Positions 38,614-49,284 of a DNA stretch of 64,000 bases are shown here, in pieces. Numbering within the stretch: position 1 is the stretch's first letter; the number at the start of each line of letters is the position of its first letter. The translations under genes were made by a program, and so were the position numbers. The stretch comes from Myxococcales bacterium (GTDB lineage: Bacteria > Myxococcota > Myxococcia > Myxococcales > UBA5297). The notes under the pieces were generated by a model that saw nothing but the letters and a program-made list of their open reading frames with translations, was not told the DNA's origin and did no database searches. The stretch is from positions 6,701-70,700 of the forward strand of contig JBNKEI010000207.1 of NCBI GenBank assembly GCA_050288705.1, read 5' to 3'.

Positions 38614-40569
38614 ATGGAATCGGTGCTAGTAACGCTTCCGGACGGCTCAAAAAAAGAAATTGCCCGTGGAATGCCTATCAGTAGCTTCGTGAAAGAGCAC
38701 ATTGGAATAGGTCTCGCTAAGGCGGCGATTGTGGCGCGGCTTAATGGAGAGCTGGTAGATCTGTCTCGCACACTCGATGAGAGCTCGCGGCTGGAGGTTG
38801 TTACTTCAAAAGACCACGCCGCACTGGAAGTGATTCGGCATGACGCTGCTCACGTTTTAGCCAGCGCGGTGCAACGATTATATCCCGGTACGAAGGTAAC
38901 TATTGGTCCGGTCGTGGAAGACGGTTTTTACTACGATTTCGCTCGCGACCAGCCTTTTACTCCTAAGGATCTGGAAGTGCTGGAAAAGGCGATGAGCGAA
39001 GAAATTGCTCAGGATTTGCCTTTTGAAAGGTTTGAAGTCTCTGCGGACGAAGCCGTTCGTATGTTTCAAGAAAAAAACGAACCATTCAAAGTAGAAGTTG
39101 TGCTCGATATAAAAGAAAAAGGCGCTAAAACACTCACCATGTATCGTCATGGTGAGTGGGTAGATTTTTGCCTTGGTCCTCATGGTCCCTCCACTGGAAA
39201 GATTGGCGCGGTAAAGCTTTTGAAGGTAGCTGGTGCTTATTGGAGAGGGAACCCTAAAAACCCGATGCTCCAAAGAATATACGGAACTGCTTTCTTAGAC
39301 AAAAAATCGTTAGAAAATCACCTGCATAACATCGAAGAAGCCAAAAAAAGAGACCACCGAAAACTGGGACCGGCGTTAGAGCTATTTACATTTCATGAAT
39401 ATGCTCCCGGAGCGGCATTTTGGTTACCAAAAGGCACGGTGTTGCTTAATGTTTTAACTGAATCGATGCGCAAGCTAGTTTTAAAAAATGGTTATTCCGA
39501 AGTTAAAACACCTTTGCTTTTGAACAAACGGTTATGGGAAACCTCGGGACATTGGGGAAAGTACCGGGAAAACATGTTTTTGGTGGTGGATAGCGAAACT
39601 GATACATCTCTTTCGCTAGAAGATCGTTGCACGCAGTCACTCAAACCAATGAACTGTCCTTCTCATCATTTGCTTTATCGTATGAGCAAACGCTCCTATC
39701 GCGAGCTTCCTATACGTTATTACTCTGTTGACGTGTTGCACAGAAATGAAGCCTCTGGCACTCTTAGTGGATTAACGCGCGTTCGTCAGTTTCAGCAAGA
39801 TGATGCTCATGTGTATCTTATGGAAGAACAAGTGCGCGCGGAAGTATCCGCAATCGTAAACTTAATGAAGAAGGTATATACTGCCTGCGATCTTCCCTTT
39901 CGAGCTCGCTTTTCCACTCGACCTCAGCAGCGAATCGGGGAGGATGAAGTCTGGGACCGCGCTGAGGCGGCGCTGCAGGAAGCTTTAGAGGTGACGCAAA
40001 TTCCCTGGGAACTTAATCCAGGAGATGGTGCTTTTTACGGACCGAAGATCGATTTCGACGTAGTAGATTCGTTAGAACGAAGATTGCAGTTATGTACCAT
40101 TCAACTAGATTATGCCGCTCCCGAGCGTTTCGATCTAACCTACATAGGTCCAGATAATCGAGAGCACCGGCCGGTCATTATTCACCGAGCAATATTCGGG
40201 TCGCTAGAGCGATTCGCGGCCATCCTGTTAGAACATTTCGCGGGTGTGTTTCCAGTTTGGTTGGCCCCAGTACAAGTGCGTCTGGTTACAGTGACTGAGC
40301 GTCATGAAGAATACGCTCGACAAGTGAGTGAACGTTTGAGCGACTTAGGAATGCGGGTAGAGGTTGACGCTTCTAATGAAAAGCTCGGGGCAAAAATTCG
40401 CCAGTCGCATATGCAGAAAATTCCCTTTACCTGCGTGGTGGGTGATAATGAAGTTGAGCAGGGAGCAATCTCTCCTCGCCGTTTTGGTGGGGAGGACTTA
40501 AAATCTATGAAAGTTGAAGAATTTGTCCAAATACTTTCGCGGGAAGCAAGTGTGCCTTTTTTGTGCTAA
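38614..40569 (+). CDS. thrS: threonine--tRNA ligase
   Basis: 651 aa. TGS domain, second additional domain, class II core and anticodon-binding domain. [11 protein letters not shown] is a typical motif. Confidence 0.95.
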   Translation: MESVLVTLPDGSKKEIARGMPISSFVKEHIGIGLAKAAIVARLNGELVDLSRTLDESSRLEVVTSKDHAALEVIRHDAAHVLASAVQRLYPGTKVTIGPVVEDGFYYDFARDQPFTPKDLEVLEKAMSEEIAQDLPFERFEVSADEAVRMFQEKNEPFKVEVVLDIKEKGAKTLTMYRHGEWVDFCLGPHGPSTGKIGAVKLLKVAGAYWRGNPKNPMLQRIYGTAFLDKKSLENHLHNIEEAKKRDHRKLGPALELFTFHEYAPGAAFWLPKGTVLLNVLTESMRKLVLKNGYSEVKTPLLLNKRLWETSGHWGKYRENMFLVVDSETDTSLSLEDRCTQSLKPMNCPSHHLLYRMSKRSYRELPIRYYSVDVLHRNEASGTLSGLTRVRQFQQDDAHVYLMEEQVRAEVSAIVNLMKKVYTACDLPFRARFSTRPQQRIGEDEVWDRAEAALQEALEVTQIPWELNPGDGAFYGPKIDFDVVDSLERRLQLCTIQLDYAAPERFDLTYIGPDNREHRPVIIHRAIFGSLERFAAILLEHFAGVFPVWLAPVQVRLVTVTERHEEYARQVSERLSDLGMRVEVDASNEKLGAKIRQSHMQKIPFTCVVGDNEVEQGAISPRRFGGEDLKSMKVEEFVQILSREASVPFLC

Positions 40570-40731
40570 AATAATGAAAATTCCCTGGAAATCAGTTGAC
40601 AGTTTGTGGAAAATTAGTAGTTTATCTTCGCTTTAGGCGGAGATGTACGAGGAGTAAACGTCTGTTTAGAAATCCGCCAATAAAGTGTAATTTTGCGTGC
40701 CGTGGACGCACGCTAATCCGGAGGTTGAACC

Positions 40732-41310
40732 ATCGCTAGAGACGCACGAACGAACCGAAGAATTCGCGCCAAAGAGGTACGAGTTATCGGTTCGAATGGG
40801 GAGCAACTAGGGATCTTGTCAGTCGATCAGGCGTTGTCTAGAGCTGCTGATGAGGGGCTTGACTTAGTCGAAGTTAGTCCAATGGCTAAGCCGCCAGTCT
40901 GTAAGATTATGGACTATGGCAAGTTTAAGTACGAAGCCAAAAAGAAGGCAGCCGAAGCCAAGAAAAAGCAAGTCGTAGTTAAGCTTAAAGAAGTTAAGCT
41001 ACGACCTAAAACCGAAGAGCATGATTATGAATTCAAAGTAAAGAACATTCGTCGCTTCTTGGAGGATGGCGACAAAGCTCGGGTTACGATAATGTTTCGG
41101 GGGCGGGAGATCACCCATAGGGATATTGGTCAAAAGATTTTGCAGGATGTGATTGCAGATCTTAAAGACCTTGCAGTGGTAGAACAAGCGCCGCGGATGG
41201 AAGGCAGGCAGATGTTTATGATTCTGACCTTAAATCCAAAATGGAAGCCCCCTAAGTTAGTGGCTCCACCGTCTGGTTCTACGGCAGAGTTAGCGCCGTC
41301 AAAGCCCTAA
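40732..41310 (+). CDS. infC: translation initiation factor IF-3 (non-canonical ATC start)
   Basis: The conserved N-terminal residues NRRIRAKEVRVIGSNGEQLGI lie upstream of the first canonical start (TTG 40816). There is an in-frame stop at 40726, and GGAGG (40720-40724) sits 7 nt before ATC 40732. Confidence 0.85.
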   Translation: MARDARTNRRIRAKEVRVIGSNGEQLGILSVDQALSRAADEGLDLVEVSPMAKPPVCKIMDYGKFKYEAKKKAAEAKKKQVVVKLKEVKLRPKTEEHDYEFKVKNIRRFLEDGDKARVTIMFRGREITHRDIGQKILQDVIADLKDLAVVEQAPRMEGRQMFMILTLNPKWKPPKLVAPPSGSTAELAPSKP

Positions 41311-41407
41311 ATCAATACGTAGGGATAGTGATAGCGGTGCAGTAGCTTCAACAGTTGCAATGCAGTCAATCGTGTATGTCTGATGTTCGGACATGTGAGA
41401 TAAGTCA

Positions 41408-41611
41408 ATGGGTTATAAACTAAAAACAAATAGTGGTGCCGCTAAACGCTTTCAAGTTAAAAAAGGTGGCAAGGTCAAATTCGCGCGTGCATACGCCAAG
41501 CATCAGTTCATGTCTAAGAGTGGGAACGTTAATCGAAGGCTTCGAGGAAACGGTCACTTGGAAAGACAGGATGCTAAAAAAGTAAAGGAATTATTGCCCT
41601 ATAGGGCCTAG
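41408..41611 (+). CDS. rpmI: 50S ribosomal protein L35
   Basis: 67 aa, MGYKLKTNSGAAKRF..., a basic protein in the infC-rpmI-rplT context. Confidence 0.95.
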   Translation: MGYKLKTNSGAAKRFQVKKGGKVKFARAYAKHQFMSKSGNVNRRLRGNGHLERQDAKKVKELLPYRA

Positions 41612-41698
41612 TCATTCCCGTTAAGCTGCGCCCGCGTGAATAAAAGATTTTCTGTGTAAGCACGGAAAGCACGTAGGGGAGCGCTGTAAGGAGAAATA

Positions 41699-42040
41699 AT
41701 GAGAGTTAAGAAGGGTGTAAAAGCACGTCACCGTAGAAATCGGGTACTAAAACTTGCTAAAGGTTATTTGGGACGGCGAAAAAACTGTTATCGACGGGCA
41801 AATCAGGCGGTAGAACGAGCTTTAGATTTTGCCACGCGTGATCGTCGGCAAAAGCGAAGAGATTTCCGAAAGCTATGGATTGCTCGCATTAATGCCGCTG
41901 CTAGACTTAACGGTATAAGTTATTCACGATTGATTGATGGTTTGACTAAAAACGGTGTTGCGATCGATCGAAAAATCATGGCCGATCTTGCAATCTTCGA
42001 TCCGGCAGGATTTAGCGCTATCGTGGCGGCCAGTAGGTAG
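41699..42040 (+). CDS. rplT: 50S ribosomal protein L20
   Basis: 113 aa. [28 protein letters not shown] is a canonical L20 N-terminus. Confidence 0.95.
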   Translation: MRVKKGVKARHRRNRVLKLAKGYLGRRKNCYRRANQAVERALDFATRDRRQKRRDFRKLWIARINAAARLNGISYSRLIDGLTKNGVAIDRKIMADLAIFDPAGFSAIVAASR

Positions 42041-42074
42041 TGGCAATGCTATAGGGTGCGTTGGTAATGATTGT

Positions 42075-42118
42075 AGGCCGTCCGTAAACAAAAGACTCGG
42101 ACGGCCTTTAGTTTTTTT
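42075..42118 (+). terminator. rho-independent terminator after rplT
   Basis: Perfect 10 bp stem AGGCCGTCCG / CGGACGGCCT with a 13 nt loop, followed by TTAGTTTTTTT. Confidence 0.8.
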
Positions 42119-42160
42119 GTAGAACGATTGTCTCCTTTCCAAAGAAAGGCTTGTGGAAAC

Positions 42161-43252
42161 ATGGGCAAAGAAGGGGAATCAGTAAGTTCTTCGCTTCCCG
42201 AAGAGCTAATCAGGGAAATTGAAGCAATTCGCGAGGCGGCGCTAATAGATTTCTCAAAAGCCACTGATCAAAAGACTTTGGAGCAAAGCCGAGTGGTCCA
42301 TTTGGGCATGAAGGGTGCGGTGTCTCAGTTATTTGAGCGTATCCCACGGCTGCAAAAGGAGTTGCGACGAGCTTTTGGACAGCAGGCCAATGCTGTTCGA
42401 GCACAGTTAGATGGAGCTTTAGCTAAGGCTCGCGAGAACATTGATCGCTTGGCGCTGGAAAAAGAGCTTAGTGGCGAGCGGCTAGATGTAACTGCGCCAG
42501 GAAGAAGAATTCATCTAGGGCGAAGACACCCGGTTAGTCAAACTCTCGAAGCAATTGTCAACATTTTTGCACGATTAGGGTTTGATGTAGCCACCGGGCC
42601 GGAAATCGAAACTGACTTCTTTAATTTCGAAGCTCTTAACCTGCCTTTGGATCATCCTGCTCGCGACATGCAGGATACCTTTTATGTCGACGAAAAAAGT
42701 CTGGGGAAAGAATTTGCTTCTGGAACAGTGTTGCTACGCACTCAGACCTCGCCTGTGCAAATTCATACTATGCTGGAGTCGGAGCCTCCCATTCGCATTA
42801 TTGCTCCAGGAAAAGTATACCGGCGCGATTCCGATATCACTCACACCCCGATGTTTCATCAAGTTGAAGGGCTATTGGTTGATAAGAAGGTTTCTTTTGC
42901 GGAACTGAAAGGCACGCTCCAGGCTTTTATCCAAGGTTTTTTTGGCAGCGAGACCAAGGCACGGTTCCGGCCCAGTTATTTTCCATTTACTGAGCCCTCC
43001 GCTGAAGTAGACATTAGCTGCGTGTTGTGTTCTGGCAGCGGATGCCGGGTGTGCAAAATGACTGGGTGGCTGGAAGTGTTAGGGGCAGGGATGGTACATC
43101 CAAATGTATTCCGAGCAGTGAAATACGATCCTGACCAAATAAGCGGTTACGCTTTTGGGATTGGAGTAGAGCGGTTAGCCATGCTGCGATTCGGTATCGA
43201 CGACCTGCGTACCATGTTTGAAAATGATGCGCGATTTTTGGAGCAATTCTAA
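42161..43252 (+). CDS. pheS: phenylalanine--tRNA ligase alpha subunit
   Basis: Class II motifs (FPFTEPSAEVD, GAGMVHPNV, AFGIGVERLAM). Start is uncertain: ATG 42161, or TTG 42128 immediately after the terminator. Confidence 0.9.
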   Translation: MGKEGESVSSSLPEELIREIEAIREAALIDFSKATDQKTLEQSRVVHLGMKGAVSQLFERIPRLQKELRRAFGQQANAVRAQLDGALAKARENIDRLALEKELSGERLDVTAPGRRIHLGRRHPVSQTLEAIVNIFARLGFDVATGPEIETDFFNFEALNLPLDHPARDMQDTFYVDEKSLGKEFASGTVLLRTQTSPVQIHTMLESEPPIRIIAPGKVYRRDSDITHTPMFHQVEGLLVDKKVSFAELKGTLQAFIQGFFGSETKARFRPSYFPFTEPSAEVDISCVLCSGSGCRVCKMTGWLEVLGAGMVHPNVFRAVKYDPDQISGYAFGIGVERLAMLRFGIDDLRTMFENDARFLEQF

Positions 43253-43289
43253 ACTCTTGCCTTTAGGTTTGGTCATGGCGGAGATCTAA

Positions 43290-45749
43290 ATGAAAATTAG
43301 TCTCAATTGGCTTTCTGACTACGTGGAATTACCTTCTTCGGTGGAAGACTTAGCTACCATATTGACAATGGCGGGTCTGGAAGTCGAAGGCATCGAGCGC
43401 TTGGGGCAAAACCTAGGTGGAATAGTTGTAGGCCGGATCGTGAGTTCTTCGCCACATCCTCGTGCAGAAAAACTTTCGGTTACTCAAGTAGAAACTGGCC
43501 GAGGACCTATGCAAGTGGTTTGCGGTGCCAAAAATTTTCGCGTAGGCGATTTGGTGCCATTGGCTACAGTTGGATCGGTGCTTCCTTCGGGACAGAAAAT
43601 CGAAAAGGCTATTCTGCGAGGGGTTGATTCATTCGGCATGCTCTGTTCTGCCAAGGAATTGAGCATTTCTGAAGAAAACTCCGGATTGCTCATTCTGGAG
43701 CAGTCAGCGAATATAGTGATAGGTCAGCCCATTGCTGACGCCTTAAACCTGGCTGACGTAGTTCTAGAAATAAACGTTACGCCAAATAGGCCTGATTGCC
43801 TTTCTCATCTAGGGATTGCCAGAGAAGTAGCCGCTTTAACGGGCAAAGAAATACGTCCTCCCGATATTTCAGTAGCGGAGAGCAGCAGCTCGCAAGCAAA
43901 AGATCTAATCCGAGTACAGATCGATGATTTTGAGCTTTGTCCACGTTACGCAGCGCGCGTAATCGAAGGAATGCAAATCGGACCTTCGCCATACTGGATG
44001 CAAAATCGTTTACGAGCGGTAGGCGTTCGTGCGCTCTCTAATGCAGTAGACATAACTAATTATGTGATGTTGGAATGCGGCCAGCCTTTGCATGCTTTTG
44101 ATCTTGACTTGGTAGAAGGAAACATTGTTGTACGCCGAGCACATGACCAGGAAAAATTAGTAACCTTGGACGGGAAGGAAAGAATACTTTCCAAGGACGA
44201 TTTGTGTATATGCGATTCTAAGAAGCCCTCGGCCATTGCGGGAATAATGGGTGGAGAGGTAAGCGAAGTATCTGCCTCTACAAAAAATATCTTGCTGGAA
44301 AGCGCTTGTTTTTCACCAGTTGGGATTAGGCGTACTGCTCGTAGACACGGGCTTCATTCGGAATCTTCTTTTCGTTTTGAACGAGGAATTGATCCGGAAA
44401 TGGTGGTCTTTGCGCAGGATCGTGCTGCCAAACTTTTCGCTTCCTTTGGACATGGGCAAGTAGCTGGTGGAAGGGTGGAGGCACGAAAAGAAGGCCCTAT
44501 ACAAAAAAAATCGGTAGTCAGTTTGCGGTATCAACGAGTTGGAGATCTGCTTGGCATTCCTGTTACTAAAGAAACGACTGTAAGGGTCTTAAAATCGTTG
44601 GGATTTTCCCTTGATTCAAATGAGCTAGAAGAGGAAAAAGTACTTGTAGAAGCACCTTCTTGGCGGATGGATGTGGAAGGGGAAGCAGACTGCATAGAAG
44701 AAATTGCTCGCTTTATCGGGTATTCTCAAATTCCGCCAGCAGTGCCTCGGGGAACCGAGCAACTAACGCATCAAAGCAAGGTTTCCATAGTCGAAGAAAA
44801 GGCTCGCTTTGCTTTGGCAGCTAGCGGCTTTGACGAGGTGGTGAATTACTCTTTTGCTGCTTATGATGAACTAAAACTTCTCCTGCCAGGGATAGAACCA
44901 ATTACGTTAAAAAAACCTCTGGCTGCAGATCAAGCTGCTATGTGCACCACTCGCTGGGCGGGGCTTATTGCAAATCTCAAAAGAAGCAGCAATCGCCAGG
45001 TCGAAGATGTACGACTTTATGAAATAGGCCGAGTGTACAAGCCCTTAGAAAGCTCTACTTTAGATAAACTCGATCGTAGTCGGGTAGCTAGCGAGCAGTT
45101 AGTGGTTTCGGGCATTATGTTTGGCAACCGCGCTCCCTTACAATGGGGATTGGCCCGTGCACCAATTGATTTTTACGATCTCAAAGGGGTTATAGAACAG
45201 ATTTTCGAGACTGCCAGAATATCGAAACTTACCTTTGAGCAAGCAGCAAGCGTAGCTTCGCTTCACCCTCTTTCCGCATGCCAAGTTTTAAGGCGAGTTT
45301 CTGGGGGGGAGCAGCAGGAAATTGGAGTATTAGGTGAGATTCATCCCTTGGTTGCTAAGAAACTAGATCTGCCTTCAGGCGTGTTTGTTTTTGAGCTATC
45401 GCTTGAAGTCATGGCTAGTCTTGCTCAGGAAAAAAGGCCATACCGGAGCATACCCCGTTTCCCCGCAGTCCTGCGCGACTTGGCAGTGGTTCTCAGAGAA
45501 AGTGTATCAGCATGCGACGTAGAAACAGCCATCCGCGAAGCAGGTGAAGGCTTAGTGGAAGAAGTGATACTTTTTGATGTGTTTAGGGGTAAGAGTATTC
45601 CCGAACACCATAAAAGCCTTGCTTACGCTATTCGTTTAAGAGCAGTCGAACGCACTCTTACTGAGGATGAAACAGCTCATGTTCAGCAAAAGATCGTCAA
45701 TATGCTAGAACAACGGTTTGGCGCACAGCTAAGAAGCAGGTCAGTTTGA
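43290..45749 (+). CDS. pheT: phenylalanine--tRNA ligase beta subunit
   Basis: 819 aa. MKISLNWLSDYV, tRNA-binding OB domain, B3/4, B5 and FDX-ACB domains in the expected order. Confidence 0.95.
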   Translation: MKISLNWLSDYVELPSSVEDLATILTMAGLEVEGIERLGQNLGGIVVGRIVSSSPHPRAEKLSVTQVETGRGPMQVVCGAKNFRVGDLVPLATVGSVLPSGQKIEKAILRGVDSFGMLCSAKELSISEENSGLLILEQSANIVIGQPIADALNLADVVLEINVTPNRPDCLSHLGIAREVAALTGKEIRPPDISVAESSSSQAKDLIRVQIDDFELCPRYAARVIEGMQIGPSPYWMQNRLRAVGVRALSNAVDITNYVMLECGQPLHAFDLDLVEGNIVVRRAHDQEKLVTLDGKERILSKDDLCICDSKKPSAIAGIMGGEVSEVSASTKNILLESACFSPVGIRRTARRHGLHSESSFRFERGIDPEMVVFAQDRAAKLFASFGHGQVAGGRVEARKEGPIQKKSVVSLRYQRVGDLLGIPVTKETTVRVLKSLGFSLDSNELEEEKVLVEAPSWRMDVEGEADCIEEIARFIGYSQIPPAVPRGTEQLTHQSKVSIVEEKARFALAASGFDEVVNYSFAAYDELKLLLPGIEPITLKKPLAADQAAMCTTRWAGLIANLKRSSNRQVEDVRLYEIGRVYKPLESSTLDKLDRSRVASEQLVVSGIMFGNRAPLQWGLARAPIDFYDLKGVIEQIFETARISKLTFEQAASVASLHPLSACQVLRRVSGGEQQEIGVLGEIHPLVAKKLDLPSGVFVFELSLEVMASLAQEKRPYRSIPRFPAVLRDLAVVLRESVSACDVETAIREAGEGLVEEVILFDVFRGKSIPEHHKSLAYAIRLRAVERTLTEDETAHVQQKIVNMLEQRFGAQLRSRSV

Positions 45750-45804
45750 CAACAGAAACAAAACTAAGTTTGAATTAGATATTCAATATTTCTGGGACGA
45801 GTCA

Positions 45805-46134
45805 ATGACCAAAGCCGATATCATTGAAAAGTTATACACCAAGCTGGGCATATCTAAAAAAGATAGTTCGGAGATAGTCGAGGTAGTATTTGCCACCATC
45901 AAATCTACATTGGAGCGCGGTGAAGAGATAAAAATCTCCGGCTTTGGAAAATTTATCGTAAGAGATAAAAAGCCGCGAGTTGGGCGTAATCCGCAGACAG
46001 GGAGAGAGATTGAAATCTCTGCTCGGAGAGTTCTCACTTTTCGTCCTAGCCAGGTCCTGAAGAGTTCCTTGAATCATCTAAACGATGGTTCGGAAGATGG
46101 CGATGTATGTGACTCCGATGATTTGGTGAATTGA
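45805..46134 (+). CDS. ihfA: integration host factor alpha subunit (HU/IHF family)
   Basis: 109 aa. MTKADIIEKL...GFGKF.VRDKKPRVGRNPQTGREIEISARRVLTFRPS, in the classical position after pheST. Acidic C-terminal extension. Confidence 0.85.
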   Translation: MTKADIIEKLYTKLGISKKDSSEIVEVVFATIKSTLERGEEIKISGFGKFIVRDKKPRVGRNPQTGREIEISARRVLTFRPSQVLKSSLNHLNDGSEDGDVCDSDDLVN

Positions 46135-46154
46135 TTCGTCGGTTAGAAAAAAGC

Positions 46155-46184
46155 TTGACAATCAGGGTGCTCTCCTGACATATA
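46155..46184 (+). promoter_or_regulatory. candidate sigma70-type promoter for tRNA-Pro
   Basis: TTGACA (46155-46160), then CATATA 18 nt later, about 20 nt upstream of the tRNA 5' end. Confidence 0.4.
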
Positions 46185-46204
46185 GGCACCATAAAAAAGA
46201 TATA

Positions 46205-46279
<75 letters not shown>

Positions 46280-46496
46280 TAATGTTGTGGTAAATCGTGA
46301 TGCCTGCAGGATTTGTTTTGGCGTGAAAGTGTGTTTATGGTAGAAGTAATTCCTATAAATATCGGGAAAAGGTGAGTTGATCTAAGTTTTATTTCAATGC
46401 GAGGCGACCTTTGGCAAGCTGTATTCAGCGTGCTTTAAGTCGCCCTTTGTTGTTTCGTGGTGTTTTCTTTTAGAGAAAGATCAATTAGTGCCGACA

Positions 46497-46886
46497 TTAA
46501 GGTTGGAACATTGCTTTGGCGACTCCCAAGAGTCTTTCCATGTCATGCCTGGTCAACGAGCTGTTTCGCACAAATTCTGCCAGAGGACGCAGCATAGGAT
46601 CAAGTAGCTGAGGTTCCTCCTTGTTGGCGAATAAAAATAGCTCGCCAATAGAAACGCCCAGGGCTGCAGCTATCCGAAGCAGGGTGCCGATATGGGGCGC
46701 TCGCTCACCTCTTTCGATCATTGAGAGAAATGAAACCGATATGTCCGCTTGCTCTGCCAAGTCCTCTTGAGTCAGTTTTTTTGCTCCAGATTGGCGCAGC
46801 TTGCGGATTCGTGTCCCCAGTGCTTTCGCTACGTCTACATCCGCTTCTTTCTCGTTGATGTCTATTTCGCTCGGAGTATCAGTCAA
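46497..46886 (-). CDS. XRE-family helix-turn-helix transcriptional regulator
   Basis: 129 aa. LGTRIRKLRQSGAKKLTQEDLAEQADISVSFLSMIERGERAPHIGTLLRIAAALGVSIGELF is a canonical HTH_3 pattern. TTG start with an AAGGAAGG Shine-Dalgarno. Confidence 0.8.
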   Translation of the reverse strand: MTDTPSEIDINEKEADVDVAKALGTRIRKLRQSGAKKLTQEDLAEQADISVSFLSMIERGERAPHIGTLLRIAAALGVSIGELFLFANKEEPQLLDPMLRPLAEFVRNSSLTRHDMERLLGVAKAMFQP

Positions 46887-47042
46887 GACAGCCTTCCTTA
46901 GGACTCGTTGTCCATATACGAAAATGCAAAAGAGAGTATCGCATTTAATACGCTACATGCAACATTGGTTAATCACATTCAGTGAATGATGAATTACACT
47001 TTTACCGGAAAATTTCAACTACAAAAGAGCAAGTCAAAGTCT

Positions 47043-49277
47043 TCACTGGGTAAAGCCAAAGAGGTTTTTCAGTTCAAAACCAAAACGTACAGTCGGGTGG
47101 CTAATTCCAATTGCTTGGTTTACCGATAGCTTTACATTCCAGCATTCCTGGCAGGAGCCGAGCTGTATTGTGCCGGTGTGACTGAGAAAAAAGGGACTGT
47201 CGCCCTTGCGGTTTGGATTAGCCTTCGTCTCATAGGTCAGAAGAATCCATGGGGCCATAGAAACCGAAAGGTTGATAGATACCTCATCAAAGAAGCCTTG
47301 CGAAAACGCTGTTCGTCCCAGTATCTCGTCAATGGTACTGCGCATGGGTTCAGAGCCTTCTTCCAGGAGGCGTTTGTAACCGATTTTTACTTGGTCTCCT
47401 CGATTATCTTTTAGCAATAGCTCTGTATTTATTTGTGACATCTGGCGTCGGTTCCAGTCGTAAAATGCTTCTCCGGTTAGGGTAACATGTGTTCCAAATA
47501 GTTGTAGTTTGCTCGAGCAGTCGCCAAGTTTTCCTTGTGAAATATCTGCTCCCTGAGCAATTTGCAAACTGGCCAAAAGTTTTCCATGTCGGTACAGATG
47601 GTTGGCTATCTTTGCCTTGGCTTGCAGGGATAGCGAATCTCCAAAATCATATTCATCGCCAGGAATTATTATTCCCTCAACATGATCGAGCTTAGCTCCC
47701 AGTGGCCGAGAAGCAGCCTGGAATTCGATTTCTGGCTCAATAAGATGTCGGGTCGTGCCGAAGTCACGGGACAGCTCAGTTCCCAATCGCAGTCCGCCTA
47801 TGGCACGTGCGTGCCCAACCGTCTGATTCCACTCATGTGACGAATAAGAATCAATCGCCGCCCGAACTTTGACATGGGCGTCTATGTATAACCGTTGCTT
47901 GCTGTCTAGTAAGGAAAAACCTAGGGAAGGATAGGCGTGAATCCGGGAAAGCGTAGCCATATTTGTAGTAGGAGCTTCTCCCCAGGAAAGCGGTTGGTAA
48001 TGTGTGCCTGCCAACTCCATTCCCAAATGCAAAGGCCCAATTTTTTTCCGGGGGGCGTGTACCAAGAAGGAGACCGGCCGTTGGAAAAAAACGGGCGAAT
48101 GCCTTCCCAAGAATTTTATTTCCGAGTTTTTGTCAGAGAGGTCTTGATACCAGCTAGAAGAGAGCGAGAAAGACAGGTTTCGGTTACGCCAACCTACCCA
48201 TGACTGGGAGCGCAAATATTGAGGCGAGCTTAATCCTTCGTCTTCCAAATATTTTGTATCGCTTACCCCTTTTATCCGCGAATGAAGAGAAAATCCATTG
48301 GAGAGATCGGTATCGTGTTCTAGCTCTAAAATGCCCCGAAATCCTCGGGAGGTTTTCTCGGTGAGTGCCGAAGTAGCTGTGCTGGGATTTTGGTCATATA
48401 CTCCTGACAGTTTTACACTGCCAACAGTATGTTCCCAGGGGGCATATCTCCATTCTAAGGAACTCGCCCAGCCTTTGGTTCCTGTTGCTCGGGAATTGTC
48501 GCTTAAAGGCTTTAGTCGGAACCGATACCCTAGAACGAAAGTCAGGTCATGACTAAGCCCCAGAGTTACGAACATAGGCTGGTCCAACAAGAAAACCCCG
48601 TCAGATAGTGATTTCATTTGCGGAAACAGAAGACCTGTTCTCCGCGAGGAAAGAGGGAAGTAGAGCACCGGCAAAATAAGCACTGGAACTCTTTTTACAT
48701 AAAAAGTAGGCCACCATAAAATTGCCCGCTCTTCCGGCTGAATATCCGCACTAGAAGCCATAATTGACCAGTCAGCAGAGTTATTGTTTGTATTGCATGC
48801 GGTCAGCCGAAGCTTTTGAGCCAGAAATCGACTTTTTCCGATTTTTTCTAAAACCTCTGCATAAAGGACTAGCTCGTTTTGACCCATGAGCCTAGCGTCG
48901 GCAGGAGTCTTTGCATTCTCTTTTTCGCTAGAATTTATTTCTTTTTTTTGCAGTAGTTCGACGCCCTTAAGTGATAGCTGCCCTTCTTGAAGTAGGCCAA
49001 ATCTGCCTTCCTCGGCAATGAGCACCAAATTGCCATCAAAAAAAAGAACGTCTCCCCGTACTGCTCCGCGATAGTCATCGAAATGATATTCTAAGTTATT
49101 GGCACGTAACAACAAATCGCCGCTGGATAAAGTGACATTTCCTTCGGCGGTTACCGAATTATCAGCTCCAGTCCAAGTACCACGATCCGCAGAAAGGGTC
49201 GTTCCTTTCCCGGGATTACCCAGATTGGGCGAGGGTAGAAAACTAAAGATAGACAATAAGAAAATAAGTGTAGGCAT
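47043..49277 (-). CDS. lptD: LPS-assembly outer-membrane protein LptD (OstA family)
   Basis: 744 aa. Signal peptide, N-terminal OstA-like jellyroll (LSADRGTW...AEGNVTLSSGDLLLRANNLEY...), large C-terminal beta-barrel, and a C-terminus ending ...LFGFTQ. Confidence 0.8.
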   Translation of the reverse strand: MPTLIFLLSIFSFLPSPNLGNPGKGTTLSADRGTWTGADNSVTAEGNVTLSSGDLLLRANNLEYHFDDYRGAVRGDVLFFDGNLVLIAEEGRFGLLQEGQLSLKGVELLQKKEINSSEKENAKTPADARLMGQNELVLYAEVLEKIGKSRFLAQKLRLTACNTNNNSADWSIMASSADIQPEERAILWWPTFYVKRVPVLILPVLYFPLSSRRTGLLFPQMKSLSDGVFLLDQPMFVTLGLSHDLTFVLGYRFRLKPLSDNSRATGTKGWASSLEWRYAPWEHTVGSVKLSGVYDQNPSTATSALTEKTSRGFRGILELEHDTDLSNGFSLHSRIKGVSDTKYLEDEGLSSPQYLRSQSWVGWRNRNLSFSLSSSWYQDLSDKNSEIKFLGRHSPVFFQRPVSFLVHAPRKKIGPLHLGMELAGTHYQPLSWGEAPTTNMATLSRIHAYPSLGFSLLDSKQRLYIDAHVKVRAAIDSYSSHEWNQTVGHARAIGGLRLGTELSRDFGTTRHLIEPEIEFQAASRPLGAKLDHVEGIIIPGDEYDFGDSLSLQAKAKIANHLYRHGKLLASLQIAQGADISQGKLGDCSSKLQLFGTHVTLTGEAFYDWNRRQMSQINTELLLKDNRGDQVKIGYKRLLEEGSEPMRSTIDEILGRTAFSQGFFDEVSINLSVSMAPWILLTYETKANPNRKGDSPFFLSHTGTIQLGSCQECWNVKLSVNQAIGISHPTVRFGFELKNLFGFTQ

Positions 49278-49284
49278 TGAGGCG

